DNA from: Candidatus Bathyarchaeia archaeon | Lineage (GTDB): Archaea; Thermoproteota; Bathyarchaeia; Bathyarchaeales; Bathycorpusculaceae | Assembly (NCBI GenBank): GCA_049516875.1 | Contig: JBEKSS010000015.1 | Location: 1 to 39,022 of the forward strand | Direction of reading: 5' to 3' | Length of the DNA: 39,022 nucleotides | Shown here: one piece after another, positions 19,387 through 29,291 of the stretch | Layout of the letters: each line of letters opens with the position of its first letter | How positions within the stretch are numbered: the stretch's first letter is position 1 | Notes under the pieces: model-generated | What the model was told of the DNA's origin: nothing | Seen by the model: only the letters and a program-made list of their open reading frames with translations | Databases searched by the model: none | Position numbers and translations under genes: made by a program

Positions 19387-19890
19387 ATGACCCCGCCCTA
19401 TACAAAACGCCGCAAACCCGTCTCCACTGATGCCACCTACCGCGTCTACAATCGACATGGGCTCGGTTCGGGCGCCAAAACTGCTTACACATACGCCGCG
19501 GGCACGATGATGATCGTGGCCACGACGGGTTCGATGATTATTTTCATCCTCTCAGTAGCTGCTCTGCAAGGCATCTATGGATGGTACCCCCAATTCGTCG
19601 CTCAACAATGGTTCATCTACGATCAACTATTCACCACTTTTTCATTCCTAGGACTAGCATCAGGAGCACTAGCAACCACACTCATACTGTCCAAAAGAAG
19701 CCACAGAGCAGCAGCCGCATCAGCAACAGCCTGCACCCTGTCCGGCACAAGCCTCCTCATCATCTCATTGATCCAGCCCCTGGCAGTACTATGGCAATCA
19801 ATACTCTACTACTTCCTACCGCTATTCATAGCACCATTAACTGGAACTCTCTTAACCATCTTACAAGAAGAAGAGACGGAACACAGTTGA
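19387..19890 (+). CDS. Hypothetical 4-TM membrane protein
   Basis: 167-aa ORF with four hydrophobic segments; start uncertain. Confidence 0.65.
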   Translation: MTPPYTKRRKPVSTDATYRVYNRHGLGSGAKTAYTYAAGTMMIVATTGSMIIFILSVAALQGIYGWYPQFVAQQWFIYDQLFTTFSFLGLASGALATTLILSKRSHRAAAASATACTLSGTSLLIISLIQPLAVLWQSILYYFLPLFIAPLTGTLLTILQEEETEHS

Positions 19891-20181
19891 CCATTTGAGC
19901 CTCAAAAAAATCACGGATTAAACCAAGTTTATTAGTGTTTATCTGTATACTGCTTAAGTGTTTATTCCTTGTTCCATGATGATACTAAAGCATGAATCAA
20001 CCAAGTTTACCATGCTCACTAAAGAACTGATGAACTAATGAACTAAAAACTAAAGAAAAAAAGAAGGGAAGGAATGGCTAGTCATTGTCTAACTAGCTAT
20101 CAACATTATGTCGAAAGCGTAGAACTGAAAAGCGATTAAGGTTAGACTCCTATTCTGACATACAACCATGAAGGTGCGGAT

Positions 20182-20943
20182 GTGGACTGTGAGGACAATG
20201 ATATAATTGAGAGACTGCAAAAAGAACTCGAGAACCGCAAGAATGATTTGCAAACGTGGACAGATTCGTTAGAGGAACTATCAGAAATTGAGGATGCTTT
20301 CGAACCAGACGAAAGGAATAAACTAGACGGAAAAACCATTTTGGATATTGGAACAGATTGCGTTAAACCTCTGTTTGTCGCTCTCAAATTCAATCCCAAG
20401 AAAATTGTGGGAATAAACGAAGAATTTCCGTATTCTTACACATCAGAGATTGAACAAAAGTCCAAACTTTTTGCAGGAACAAAGATTAGGTTTTACAATT
20501 GTAGCTTGTTTGACAAAGAAACACTCAATAGAATCCTCAAGAAAGAAGAAATAAGAAAATTCAACTTCGTTTTAGTGAGCAAAACCTTACATCACCTTAG
20601 AACAGGGAAATGTGTTGAGAAACATAAATGTCGAGATGATGAGAAATGTTGTAAATATGGATTTGAGACACAAGACATTTTCAAGGATTTGCTTCAATTA
20701 GGGGATAGAGTGATAATTTATGAATTTTTCGACCCAAACGACCCAGATAATGACAAAATAAGGGGAAGAGGTGGGTACTTCATTAAGGAAGAATGGGGAC
20801 GAATATTCGATTATTTTCGGAAGAAAAACTACAACGTCAAGTTCATTAGACCAGAAGGATTCCTTCTCGACAAGGAAAAACCAAACAAGGTTGATTCGAC
20901 ACTCAGAAAAGTGGATACTATCTGTTTCTACGTGGAGAAATGA
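20182..20943 (+). CDS. Class I SAM-dependent methyltransferase-like protein
   Basis: KTILDIGT motif I-like and SKTLHHL; AT-rich. Confidence 0.6.
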   Translation: MDCEDNDIIERLQKELENRKNDLQTWTDSLEELSEIEDAFEPDERNKLDGKTILDIGTDCVKPLFVALKFNPKKIVGINEEFPYSYTSEIEQKSKLFAGTKIRFYNCSLFDKETLNRILKKEEIRKFNFVLVSKTLHHLRTGKCVEKHKCRDDEKCCKYGFETQDIFKDLLQLGDRVIIYEFFDPNDPDNDKIRGRGGYFIKEEWGRIFDYFRKKNYNVKFIRPEGFLLDKEKPNKVDSTLRKVDTICFYVEK

Positions 20944-20969
20944 AAACAGGGAATCCAAAAAGATGAGGG

Positions 20970-21368
20970 TCAAAGTGGTTTTACTAGAAGAATGATATAG
21001 TCATCGTGAACCTCGGAAACAACCACCTCAATACCTAAAATATCATACGTCTGTCCTTGTGTTGCTGGAAGAGTCTTCTCGATTCCTTGCACGTCAATTT
21101 CAATAGGCTTTTGAGGGTCGTAGGTTCCCCACCATTTGTAGAGGAAAGTGTAAGTGTAATTATTCAGCGTAGCGTGTGCTGTGCTATCGCTGAAGACTTG
21201 GACTCGTGTATATTCAGACTGTCTTGTTTGTCCCATCCACAAAATTCCAATTACTGCTCCCATGCCGATTATGCCCATAAGCAACACAATTGTGAGAATT
21301 TTCCATGGATTTGACTTCTTGACTTCTGAAGATGGCGGTGGTTGAGGCATAGAAGTCTGTTGAGTCAT
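20970..21368 (-). CDS. Membrane-anchored hypothetical protein
   Basis: Pro-rich N-terminus, one TM helix, beta-rich C-terminal domain. Confidence 0.7.
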   Translation of the reverse strand: MTQQTSMPQPPPSSEVKKSNPWKILTIVLLMGIIGMGAVIGILWMGQTRQSEYTRVQVFSDSTAHATLNNYTYTFLYKWWGTYDPQKPIEIDVQGIEKTLPATQGQTYDILGIEVVVSEVHDDYIILLVKPL

Positions 21369-21482
21369 GTCCTTTCCTCAGATAACGATAGGTTGAACTC
21401 GGATAATAGGTTTGCTACAGTTCTCCCAAAGATAGAAATCTTTAATCACTACAGCAACAGAAGACAAACTAGAGGTTCAAAA

Positions 21483-22073
21483 ATGAGTGAAAGGAAAGTT
21501 GTTAGAAGAAGTGTCGCTGTGGCAGTTGGAATAGTCTGCATCCTCTTATTAGCCGGCTTAGGTGTAGTAATGGCATACTACACGATGCAAATCAACAACA
21601 AGGATTCAACATACAACGACTACGTATTAACACACAGTCATACAAATTCCGAATATGATTCACTGCAATCTAGTCATCATCATAGCGATTCTGAATATAA
21701 CGCTCTGCAAAATCAAGTGAATGACCTTACTGATACTCTCAACTTAGGCAAATCCACGACTTGGATTAATGATGAAACCATAAGCCAGTCAGCGAGTTCT
21801 TACACATACTGGACTTTTACAGCCAGTTCAGGCTTTGTTGCGAATTATGCCGGATATATCTCGGTTAATGTTCAATCGTCAACAACTGATAAGACATACG
21901 TTCAAGTCATCTACTCTTCGCATGGCGTAAATTACAATAATCAGATAGGTGTTGGCTCAAGTGGAACGGCAGTCTTTCCCGTCCTACCCTCTTCAAGCAC
22001 AGAAATCAGAGTTGGCAATAACAACATTTTCAACGGAGCAACCGAAACCGTGACGATAACATACTACTACTAA
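21483..22073 (+). CDS. Membrane-anchored coiled-coil/surface protein
   Basis: MSERKVVRRSVAVAVGIVCILLLAGLGVVMAYY, internal repeat HSHTNSEYDSLQ/HHHSDSEYNALQ, T-rich terminator-like tract after the stop. Confidence 0.8.
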   Translation: MSERKVVRRSVAVAVGIVCILLLAGLGVVMAYYTMQINNKDSTYNDYVLTHSHTNSEYDSLQSSHHHSDSEYNALQNQVNDLTDTLNLGKSTTWINDETISQSASSYTYWTFTASSGFVANYAGYISVNVQSSTTDKTYVQVIYSSHGVNYNNQIGVGSSGTAVFPVLPSSSTEIRVGNNNIFNGATETVTITYYY

Positions 22074-22246
22074 ACCCACTCTTTTTTCTGGTTTAAGCCA
22101 TGCAGTATAAAAGGCTCTTGCACGACTCAGAGAGGATTATGAGAAAGGGAAAACCTAGCTGGAAATTGCGCGCGCGTCATTTGGCACGAAGTGCAAATCT
22201 CGGTGACCTCATTGTTCTTAAGTGGCTTCGGTTCTAGTTTTTCATC

Positions 22247-22717
22247 ATGAGCGTTGAAAGAGTCAATGCAAGCGATATCGAATTGGTTCTGTACGTAATC
22301 AACACGAGCAACAGCGATGCTTACAGAAGCTTGATCCCACTGGAACAGTTCAAAGACCCGATTTTGACGTTGGAGGAACTGATGAGGGAATTTAGTAATA
22401 TGAGGTTCTACGCTTACAAGTCAAGGAACAAGTTCGTCGGTGTTGCGGCGTTACGAATCGATGAAGGCGAGACCGGGATAGTCAGGTGGGTTCACGTCCT
22501 TCCCGAACACAGGCGAAAAGGTGTCGGCTCCTCTTTGATGGAGCACGTCGAAAGCGAAGCCAAGTACTTGGGGCTGAAAAGACTGAGAGTCGTCTACGTT
22601 TGGGAGAGAGCGTACTGGGCTAAAAACTTCTACGCAAAGCTGGGGTATCAGAAGAGAGACACGGTTACTCTGCCATGGGGAGACACAGCGCATATTTACG
22701 AACGGATTCTTCATTAG
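22247..22717 (+). CDS. GNAT-family N-acetyltransferase
   Basis: VHVLPEHRRKGVGSSLM, AKNFYAKLGY. Confidence 0.88.
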   Translation: MSVERVNASDIELVLYVINTSNSDAYRSLIPLEQFKDPILTLEELMREFSNMRFYAYKSRNKFVGVAALRIDEGETGIVRWVHVLPEHRRKGVGSSLMEHVESEAKYLGLKRLRVVYVWERAYWAKNFYAKLGYQKRDTVTLPWGDTAHIYERILH

Positions 22718-22794
22718 GTGACCATCTGCCCCTTTCTCTTGAGTTGAAACAGCCATGTTTCTGGCATCGGTTATTTCGCTGATTCGCAGTGTTT

Positions 22795-22860
22795 GTTGAC
22801 AAGAACAGGTAGTCCATCATGATTTGTAGTGCTTCCGTTCCATAACCTTTCCCCATTTCT
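22795..22860 (-). pseudogene. Short internal fragment of a RimJ/RimL GNAT (same family as 34320 and 36508)
   Basis: GKGYGTEALQIMMDYLFLS versus GKGYCTEAAQLMVDYLFLS in the paralogs. Confidence 0.7.
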
Positions 22861-22987
22861 TTTGCGCGAGCAGCAAAAATGTAGCACCTAAGGCTCTATC
22901 TCTGCACGGGTGAAGCATCACAACCCCGCAAATTGGGGCAAAACTGAAGTGCAGGCAGTGCTCTGATGGTTAGGAAGGTGTCGATTC

Positions 22988-23392
22988 GTGGAGGACTGTG
23001 TGTTTTGCAGGATAGCACGAGGCGAGGAGCATGCGAGCCGCATCTACGAAGACAAAGACATTTTGGCATTTCTGGATGCAAGGCCCGTTAATGAAGGGCA
23101 CACGCTTGTAATTTCAAAGAAGCATTACGAGAACATATTTGAGATTCCAGACAAGGAACTTGCAAACATCTTCAAAATCGTGAAGAAAGTGGCCGCCGGC
23201 ATCATGAAGAGCGAGAAGGCCGCTGGAATAAGAATAGTTCAAAACAACGGAAGTGCAGCTCACCAAATCGTATTTCATTTTCACGCCCACGTCATCCCTG
23301 AGCATGAGGGACAGAACTCGCACAGGATTCGTGAAGCTTCAGACGCGGAGGAATTGGAACGGATTGCAGCCAAAATAAGAAAGTTCATGTAG
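22988..23392 (+). CDS. HIT-family hydrolase
   Basis: DCVFCRI, AFLDARPVNEGHTLVI, HFHAH histidine triad. Confidence 0.92.
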   Translation: MEDCVFCRIARGEEHASRIYEDKDILAFLDARPVNEGHTLVISKKHYENIFEIPDKELANIFKIVKKVAAGIMKSEKAAGIRIVQNNGSAAHQIVFHFHAHVIPEHEGQNSHRIREASDAEELERIAAKIRKFM

Positions 23393-23650
23393 CCCCAAGC
23401 GCGCATCAGCGCACTGCCCATGCCAAGGATACCACAACAAAAGCTAAACCCCTGCCCGCCCTGAAAAACATCGATCCATCGCCCGCCAAACACATCATCG
23501 AGCCCCTTGCCCAACAACACCCCTCACCAGAGCCTCGCGCTACAAACATCAACCATCCCAACGCAAAACCACCAACCTCCCAGCCGCTCCGAGAAAACAA
23601 AGTCTCAAAACCCAGCATCGCAGCCAACACGCCACAACAACGTTTTAACC

Positions 23651-23770
23651 CTCAAAAGCCTCGCGGAATTGAGTAAAAAAAAGCTTTGAACCAACATGCT
23701 TCAACAATGTTTTGACACTCAAAGAAATCACGGATTGAGTACTCAAACACAAGGGCTCACAAGCCAACAT
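23651..23770 (+). repeat. ~120-bp long inverted repeat, left copy
   Basis: ctcaaaagcctcgcggaattgag...aaccaacatgcttcaaca...ttttgacactcaaagaaatcacggat.gagtactcaaacacaa.ggctcaca is the reverse complement of 27154-27272. Confidence 0.9.
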
Positions 23771-23863
23771 ACCCACAACAAAAAATGCACAAAGTGTCAA
23801 CATGAATAGAAAGACGAAGCTCAGCAAAGCACGTTTCGCAGCCGCGCATTCTAAGGCACAGGT

Positions 23864-25222
23864 TCAAGGTAACGCCTTGTAGACAACGTCTGTGACACGT
23901 TCAAAAGGTCTGCCCAGCACGCCGTACCCTCTTCCCCCGAAGTATTTCCGCACGTAAAACTGTGCCATACCCTTGAAAACGGCGAACTTTAGCTTGTTCT
24001 CCGAGAAAGAAGAACGAAACAGCAGCTTGTGCTTCACGATGTGAAACCCTTCAGGCTCCTCCCAATCCTCACACACCATCCGATCCTTCACCCTCCCAAA
24101 CAACGGTGTTCCAGGAATCGGATACGGAAAAGTGAAAGAAAGATAATCCAAAGGAAGAGAAGACGCAAAATCAACCGTGTCCAACACGGTTCCATCGTCC
24201 TCACCAGGGTAGCCCAGAATGAAGAACGCGCCAGTCTGAACCCCAACCTTCCTGAAAACGTTAACAGCGTCTCTAGCCTGTTTCACCGTGGCCTGTTTCC
24301 TCATCACCTTGAGGATTGAATCATTACCCGATTCGATTCCGAAAAAAACTCTGACGCACCCCGCCATCTTCATCCTCTCCGCCACCGCCAAATCCACGGT
24401 GTCAACCCTGGACAGACACTCCCAACCCACGCCTACGCGCCTGCGAACCAGCTCATCACAGATGCTCAGCAACCTGTTCCGGTCCAACGTGAAACAGTCA
24501 TCAGCAAACCATACCCTCTCGTAACCCAGCATCCGAACCGCCTCAACCTCATCCACCACGTTCCCAGCAGTTCTCGACCTGAACCTGTTGCCGAACACGG
24601 GCCTGCTGCAAAAATCACACCGGAACGGACAGCCCCTCGAGGTCATAACCGACGTGGTCGTGTAACCGAACCTCTTCATGTAGTAGCTCTCGTAAGCTCG
24701 GTTGTCAAACATCTCCCTGGACGGAAACGGAACACCATCAAGATCCTCTATAAACCCTCGAGCAGACGTGAACCTGACTTCGCCCTTTTCCTTGAAAGCG
24801 ATGCCCGGAACGTTCGCCAAACCCGTGCCGTCCTGCACCGCCCGGACCAGTTCGAGCATGGTCTCCTCGCCCTCGCCAATCACCACCACGTCGAAGGCGG
24901 AGAGGAACTCTTCCGGAGCAGATGTTGGAAGCGGTCCGCCGGCGACGAGAAGCTCACAGTTCTTCCTGAGAAGCCCTGCGAACTGAAGGGCTTTTTCCTT
25001 CATCGAAAACATCACCTGCACGCCGATTATCCGCGGTTGCGAACGCCTGATCCGGTCCAACGCTTCTTCCTCGCTGGCAAACGTGCAGTCCACGAGCTGA
25101 ACCGAGACGCCGTGACTCTTCAGGCAGGCAGCTATGTAGCCCAGTCCCAACGGCGGAAACCTGAAAATCGAATTGTCATTCGAAGGCTGAAAGTACGGGT
25201 AAACCAGCGTCACCGTCGTCAA
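23864..25222 (-). CDS. B12-binding-domain radical SAM protein
   Basis: PPLGLGYIAA, VAGGP, GEGEET, TSRGCPFRCDFC, GIESG. Confidence 0.93.
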   Translation of the reverse strand: MTTVTLVYPYFQPSNDNSIFRFPPLGLGYIAACLKSHGVSVQLVDCTFASEEEALDRIRRSQPRIIGVQVMFSMKEKALQFAGLLRKNCELLVAGGPLPTSAPEEFLSAFDVVVIGEGEETMLELVRAVQDGTGLANVPGIAFKEKGEVRFTSARGFIEDLDGVPFPSREMFDNRAYESYYMKRFGYTTTSVMTSRGCPFRCDFCSRPVFGNRFRSRTAGNVVDEVEAVRMLGYERVWFADDCFTLDRNRLLSICDELVRRRVGVGWECLSRVDTVDLAVAERMKMAGCVRVFFGIESGNDSILKVMRKQATVKQARDAVNVFRKVGVQTGAFFILGYPGEDDGTVLDTVDFASSLPLDYLSFTFPYPIPGTPLFGRVKDRMVCEDWEEPEGFHIVKHKLLFRSSFSENKLKFAVFKGMAQFYVRKYFGGRGYGVLGRPFERVTDVVYKALP

Positions 25223-26094
25223 CGCCTCTCACCGCCCAGAACGTCAATCACGTACTCAAAAACATCAACCTTGCGGCTGATCTCGTAGTCCAGGCCAACC
25301 CAGTCCAGAGAGCCTTTCAGAAACTCGCGGCCTCTGCGCAAGACGCCGCCTCTAGCTCTCCAAAGCCGGAAGCCGATTTCGCCCCTTAACGTTTTTAGAC
25401 AAGCCCATTCACCGCCCGTTCCGTCCCAAGCTCCTATCTCGCTGTCCATCAATTCAGTGCCTGTGGAATCGGTGTATTTCCTGAAGACTTGTGAGCCTTG
25501 TTCGTTCAGCATGAAGATTCTGCAAAGACGCTTTTTTTCGAGGGTTTTGAAGTCTGCTTTCACCGTTGTGCGCGTGTTTTCGACGGTGTAGGTTACTGTG
25601 ACGTTGCCCATGGGCGCGGCTTTTGGAAAGGCTTTGCCGATGCCCGTTTTTTCGGTGAGGCCCTTCAAGGCTAGAAGCCTGAGTTGCAGATGCTTCTGAT
25701 ACGCGTCTGAGAGGTGTTCGATGAAAGTGCGGGCGGCACGGTTTTCCAGCGTGACGTTTCTGAAACTGTTTCTGGCAACCCTGTCCATCGTGAACTCTTT
25801 AATGATGATGCATCGATTGCTCCGATGGGAAACGTGCAGTCTTGAGGTTCCTGAAAAGTACGTTTCGTCGGAGTACGCGAGGACGGGGAGGCCGAAGCCT
25901 GTTCCTTCTCCGACGGCTTCTGTTCCGTTGATGACGAGGATGAGGCCTTTCTGCAGGTCGGCTATCTTCAGGTTGTGCGGCTTCGTGCCCGAGTAGATGC
26001 GGAGTGACACAGAGTCTGAGACAGAACACGTGTGCGTGTCAACCTGCACGGGGTCAAGATTGGACTTTGGGGCGTGGGGCTTGGTCAAAATCAT
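25219..26094 (-). CDS. Hypothetical protein, translationally coupled to the radical SAM gene
   Basis: 291-aa ORF with a 4-bp overlap; GEGTGFGLPV, FMLNEQGS. Confidence 0.8.
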   Translation of the reverse strand: MILTKPHAPKSNLDPVQVDTHTCSVSDSVSLRIYSGTKPHNLKIADLQKGLILVINGTEAVGEGTGFGLPVLAYSDETYFSGTSRLHVSHRSNRCIIIKEFTMDRVARNSFRNVTLENRAARTFIEHLSDAYQKHLQLRLLALKGLTEKTGIGKAFPKAAPMGNVTVTYTVENTRTTVKADFKTLEKKRLCRIFMLNEQGSQVFRKYTDSTGTELMDSEIGAWDGTGGEWACLKTLRGEIGFRLWRARGGVLRRGREFLKGSLDWVGLDYEISRKVDVFEYVIDVLGGERR

Positions 26095-26219
26095 CCGGGA
26101 ATCACTTGTTTTAGCCGTGTTACGGTTGCATGTCCATTTGAGTCTGGCGGTTCTTAAGCTTTTAATACTTAACGCGCACTGGGATTAATCAGCTGGTAAG
26201 CAGCGGTGAGGAATGTGGA

Positions 26220-26687
26220 ATGGGGAAGAGAGTGAGAGTTGGCGACAAGTTCAGGGATTTCAGTTTGGAGGATCAGGATGAGGAGGTTTTTGTTCTTTCG
26301 AAGTTTAAAGGGAAGAGGGTTCTGCTTTCTTTTCATCCTCTTGCGTGGACGTCTGTCTGTGCTGAGCAGATGAAGTCTTTGGAGAAGAACAGGGAGGCTT
26401 TTGATTCTCTTAACACGGTGGCCGTGGGGGTGAGCGTGGACACTGTGCCTTCGAAGAAGGCGTGGGCGGAAAGCTTGGGCATCAAGAAGACGAGGCTGCT
26501 GTCGGATTTTTGGCCGCACGGCAGAGTCGCGGAGACGTACGGGATATTCAGGAGCAAGTACGGGACGTCGGAGCGTGCTAACATAGTCATCGACGAAAAC
26601 CAGAGAGTCGTGTTCGTCAAAGTCTACCTGGTTGGACAGCTTCCGGACGTTCAAGAGATCATCGGTTTCTTGAAGAAGCTTTCTTAG
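26220..26687 (+). CDS. Peroxiredoxin (AhpC/TSA, AhpE-like)
   Basis: FHPLAWTSVC, LLSDFWPHGRVAETYG, ERANIVID. Confidence 0.92.
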   Translation: MGKRVRVGDKFRDFSLEDQDEEVFVLSKFKGKRVLLSFHPLAWTSVCAEQMKSLEKNREAFDSLNTVAVGVSVDTVPSKKAWAESLGIKKTRLLSDFWPHGRVAETYGIFRSKYGTSERANIVIDENQRVVFVKVYLVGQLPDVQEIIGFLKKLS

Positions 26688-27090
26688 ACGCTTGGTTCTT
26701 GAAGTATTTTTTCAGGGGTTCCCAGTACCAGTCTTTCCATCCTTGTGCGGTGTCGGCGGCTTGTTCGGCGGGGACGCCTGATTGGGTCATGATGATTTGT
26801 GTGCCGGTTCCTGTTTTTTTGAGGGTGAGTTCGAGGGTTGATGGGGGTTGGTCTTCTGGCCAGTCTGTGGTTTGCCATTCTTGCACTATTCTTTTTGCGG
26901 GTTCGAGCTGCAGGTTTTTTCCTGAGATGTATCCGTCCCACGCTGTGAATTTTCCTCCGACCTTGGGGTCGCAGGTGGCTTTGCTGCCGGTGAACTTGGA
27001 GTGCTTCTTGGGGTCGATGAAGGCTTCGTACACTTCCAGTGGCGTGGCTGGTACGGACACGTTCTGCCTTATTGTTTCGGTCTTCGCCAA
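26659..27090 (-). CDS. SRPBCC/AHSA1-like protein
   Basis: VYEAFIDPKKHSKFTG, VGGKFTAWDGYISG, RIVQEW, GWKDWYWEPLK. Start probably TTG 27090. Confidence 0.88.
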   Translation of the reverse strand: MAKTETIRQNVSVPATPLEVYEAFIDPKKHSKFTGSKATCDPKVGGKFTAWDGYISGKNLQLEPAKRIVQEWQTTDWPEDQPPSTLELTLKKTGTGTQIIMTQSGVPAEQAADTAQGWKDWYWEPLKKYFKNQASKKASSRNR

Positions 27091-27153
27091 GTTGGGCACC
27101 TTGCTTGTTCTGGGGAATTGTGGTGGGGGCGGTATGTAAATGTTGGGTTTCCC

Positions 27154-27272
27154 ATGTTGCCGTGTGAGCCATTGTGTTTGAGTACTCGATCCGTGATTTC
27201 TTTGAGTGTCAAAAGCATGTTGAAGCATGTTGGTTCCGCGCTTTTTTTTCTCAATTCCGCGAGGCTTTTGAG
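27154..27272 (-). repeat. ~120-bp long inverted repeat, right copy
   Basis: Reverse complement of 23651-23770. Confidence 0.9.
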
Positions 27273-27359
27273 TAATCAAAGGTGTCGGCGTGTTGTGTTT
27301 CTTATTGGTTGCAGATAGGTTCATATTGTTGTCGCGAATATTGTGTTGTTGGCGATTTC

Positions 27360-27593
27360 ATGGTTGCTCGCAAGTTCACCGTTTTCTTGGAGCCTGCAGA
27401 GGAAGGCGGCTTCATAGTTAAGTGTGGGGAGCTCCCGGTCGCCACTCAAGGCGAGACAAGGGAAGAAGCCTTAAAGAACATCAAGGAAGCCATAGAAGGC
27501 TACTTGGAAGTTAAGGCAAAACTTTTGGGCAGCAGGATCAAAGGAGAAGCGGCTGAAGTAATTGTCGAAGCTTCCTCTGCTCTCTTGGCGTGA
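27360..27593 (+). CDS. hicB: HicB-family antitoxin
   Basis: FTVFLEPAEEGGFIVKCGELPVATQGETREEALKNIKEAIEGYL. Confidence 0.9.
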   Translation: MVARKFTVFLEPAEEGGFIVKCGELPVATQGETREEALKNIKEAIEGYLEVKAKLLGSRIKGEAAEVIVEASSALLA

Positions 27594-27781
27594 AGTTGTA
27601 AGAAGCCCTCACAAGTGCTGGTTTTCAGGTTGCACGGCAGAAAGGGAGCCATCTAATCCTCATAAAAAACGAACACATTGTGCCTGTTCCAAAACATAAA
27701 GAGATAAAAAGAGGATTATTGATGGAGATAATGTCAGAGGCAGGTTTGACAAAAGAAGAATTTCTAGGGGTTCTAAAATAA
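27562..27781 (+). pseudogene. hicA: HicA-family toxin with a +1 frameshift at ~27603
   Basis: MSKLPLLSWREVVR / ALTSAGFQVARQKGSHLILIKNEHIVPVPKHKEIKRGLLMEIMSEAGLTKEEF with the GSH motif; not in the ORF track. Confidence 0.85.
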
Positions 27782-27954
27782 AATTAATTCTCTCCTGATG
27801 AACCCCACATTCTGAAACGCTCATTTTCCTAAAAGTTTCGGCATACTGAGTTTCTCACGTTGGAATCGAATCACTAGTGTGTCTTCTGTTGCCGTGCAGA
27901 TTAAAGATTTCTGTCTTGTGCGTTTTGGCTTAAGGAAATTTGCACCCAACATCA

Positions 27955-27984
27955 TTTTGCGGAAAAGTTATAGCTGAATCGAAA
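27955..27984 (+). repeat. Cassette-junction/promoter repeat, copy 1
   Basis: ttttgcggaaaagttatagctgaatcgaaa. Confidence 0.9.
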
Positions 27985-28018
27985 CAGTCTACGTTGTTGG
28001 GCAAGCGAGGTGTTATGA

Positions 28019-28486
28019 ATGGTTGGTATAACGGAAATCTCAGCAATAGTTGCAGCAGTGGGCGTGTTGGTAGGTGTTGTCTTCACTGTATTACAGCTGA
28101 GAGACTTGGTCAAAACGAGGCAGACAGACCTTGTTATGAGGCTGTATTCAACTTTTGGCAGCAAGGAGTTTCAGGATGCTTGGACAAGAATAGAATCCAT
28201 CGAATTCAAGAATTACGATGAATACGTGAAGAAATGTGGCTTGGGAGACTATGCCCAATGTGCTACATTCTTTGAAGGAACGGGCGTGCTTCTACAGAAG
28301 AAACTGATAGACATTAATCTGATAGATGCCCTATTCAGCGTACCCTTGAAACATATGTATGAAAGAATGAAGCCTATTATAGAAGGAAACAGGGAACAAT
28401 TTCACGACCAGAGAGTATTTGAGAATTTTGAGTACGTGTACAACGAAATGCAGAAAAGAGAGCAGAAGCTTCAACCAACAGCTTAG
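28019..28486 (+). CDS. Membrane-anchored paralog family member 1 (DUF4760-like, tentative)
   Basis: ITEISAIVAA.GVLVGVV...RQTDLV...FFE..GVL...FEY.YNEM.KREQ shared with 32313 and 37128. Confidence 0.85.
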   Translation: MVGITEISAIVAAVGVLVGVVFTVLQLRDLVKTRQTDLVMRLYSTFGSKEFQDAWTRIESIEFKNYDEYVKKCGLGDYAQCATFFEGTGVLLQKKLIDINLIDALFSVPLKHMYERMKPIIEGNREQFHDQRVFENFEYVYNEMQKREQKLQPTA

Positions 28487-28660
28487 ATTTGTGTGTGTGG
28501 GATAAAACTTTACCTCCTCCTCCTTCCTCCTTTTTGACGACGAATGACGACGCTAAACCCAAAAATAGCACGCGCGCCGATTTCTCTCTTTTAGGTTGAC
28601 CGAGTTTTCCCTTTTTCTTGGCGAGAACAACCACGCTTGAAACAGCAATTGATGCAATGA

Positions 28661-28816
28661 CTAAAGCCATTGCGCGCGCGCACTGACTAACTGCCGGAAG
28701 CATCGTTCGCATAGTTCCTGTCCGGATATTTGAATAATCTCAGATTCTGGGAGCATCTTTCCACACTTATCACAGGCTAATTCCCTTGCAATTGGCGTGT
28801 TTTTTACGTTCTTCAT
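28661..28816 (-). CDS. Small CxxC..CxxC zinc-finger protein (51 aa)
   Basis: Manual translation MKNVKNTPIARELACDKCGKMLPESEIIQISGQELCERCFRQLVSARAQWL; its C-terminus crosses the GC motif. Confidence 0.55.
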   Translation of the reverse strand: MKNVKNTPIARELACDKCGKMLPESEIIQISGQELCERCFRQLVSARAQWL

Positions 28817-28920
28817 AATTTGGATCGTTCATTTCTAGCGCTTAAACGACATTCCGAGGCCTTCAATATATCAAAGTGCGTTCGCCAGCTGGTATTCCAC
28901 GGTATTGAAGGCTAAAGGGG

Positions 28921-29200
28921 ATAACAACGACGACTAAGACGACACAAACAACTATACAACACGGAAACAACACACAAACCCATACAAACACCCAACACTA
29001 TACAACCTCACAACACCATACAAACACTAATACAAACACTGGATACAACTACACGACACGACAACAACTACACTAACTATAACACCATTACAAACACCAT
29101 GCGACACACGCAACACCATACACACAAACAAACACTTTAGCGCACGCGGACAAACCATAGAACAAAACAACACATCAAACCGCGACAACAAACCAATACA
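28921..29200. repeat. A/C-rich low-complexity tract with degenerate CAACACCATACAAACAC repeats
   Basis: ~280 bp strongly depleted in G and T on the + strand; no ORF. Confidence 0.85.
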
Positions 29201-29291
29201 AGCGCGTGCTAGGGTAGATGTACGTGATGAGGATAATGATGATTAAGCGCGCGCTGGAACAATGCTTGCGCGTTCAGCACACACCTATTTT

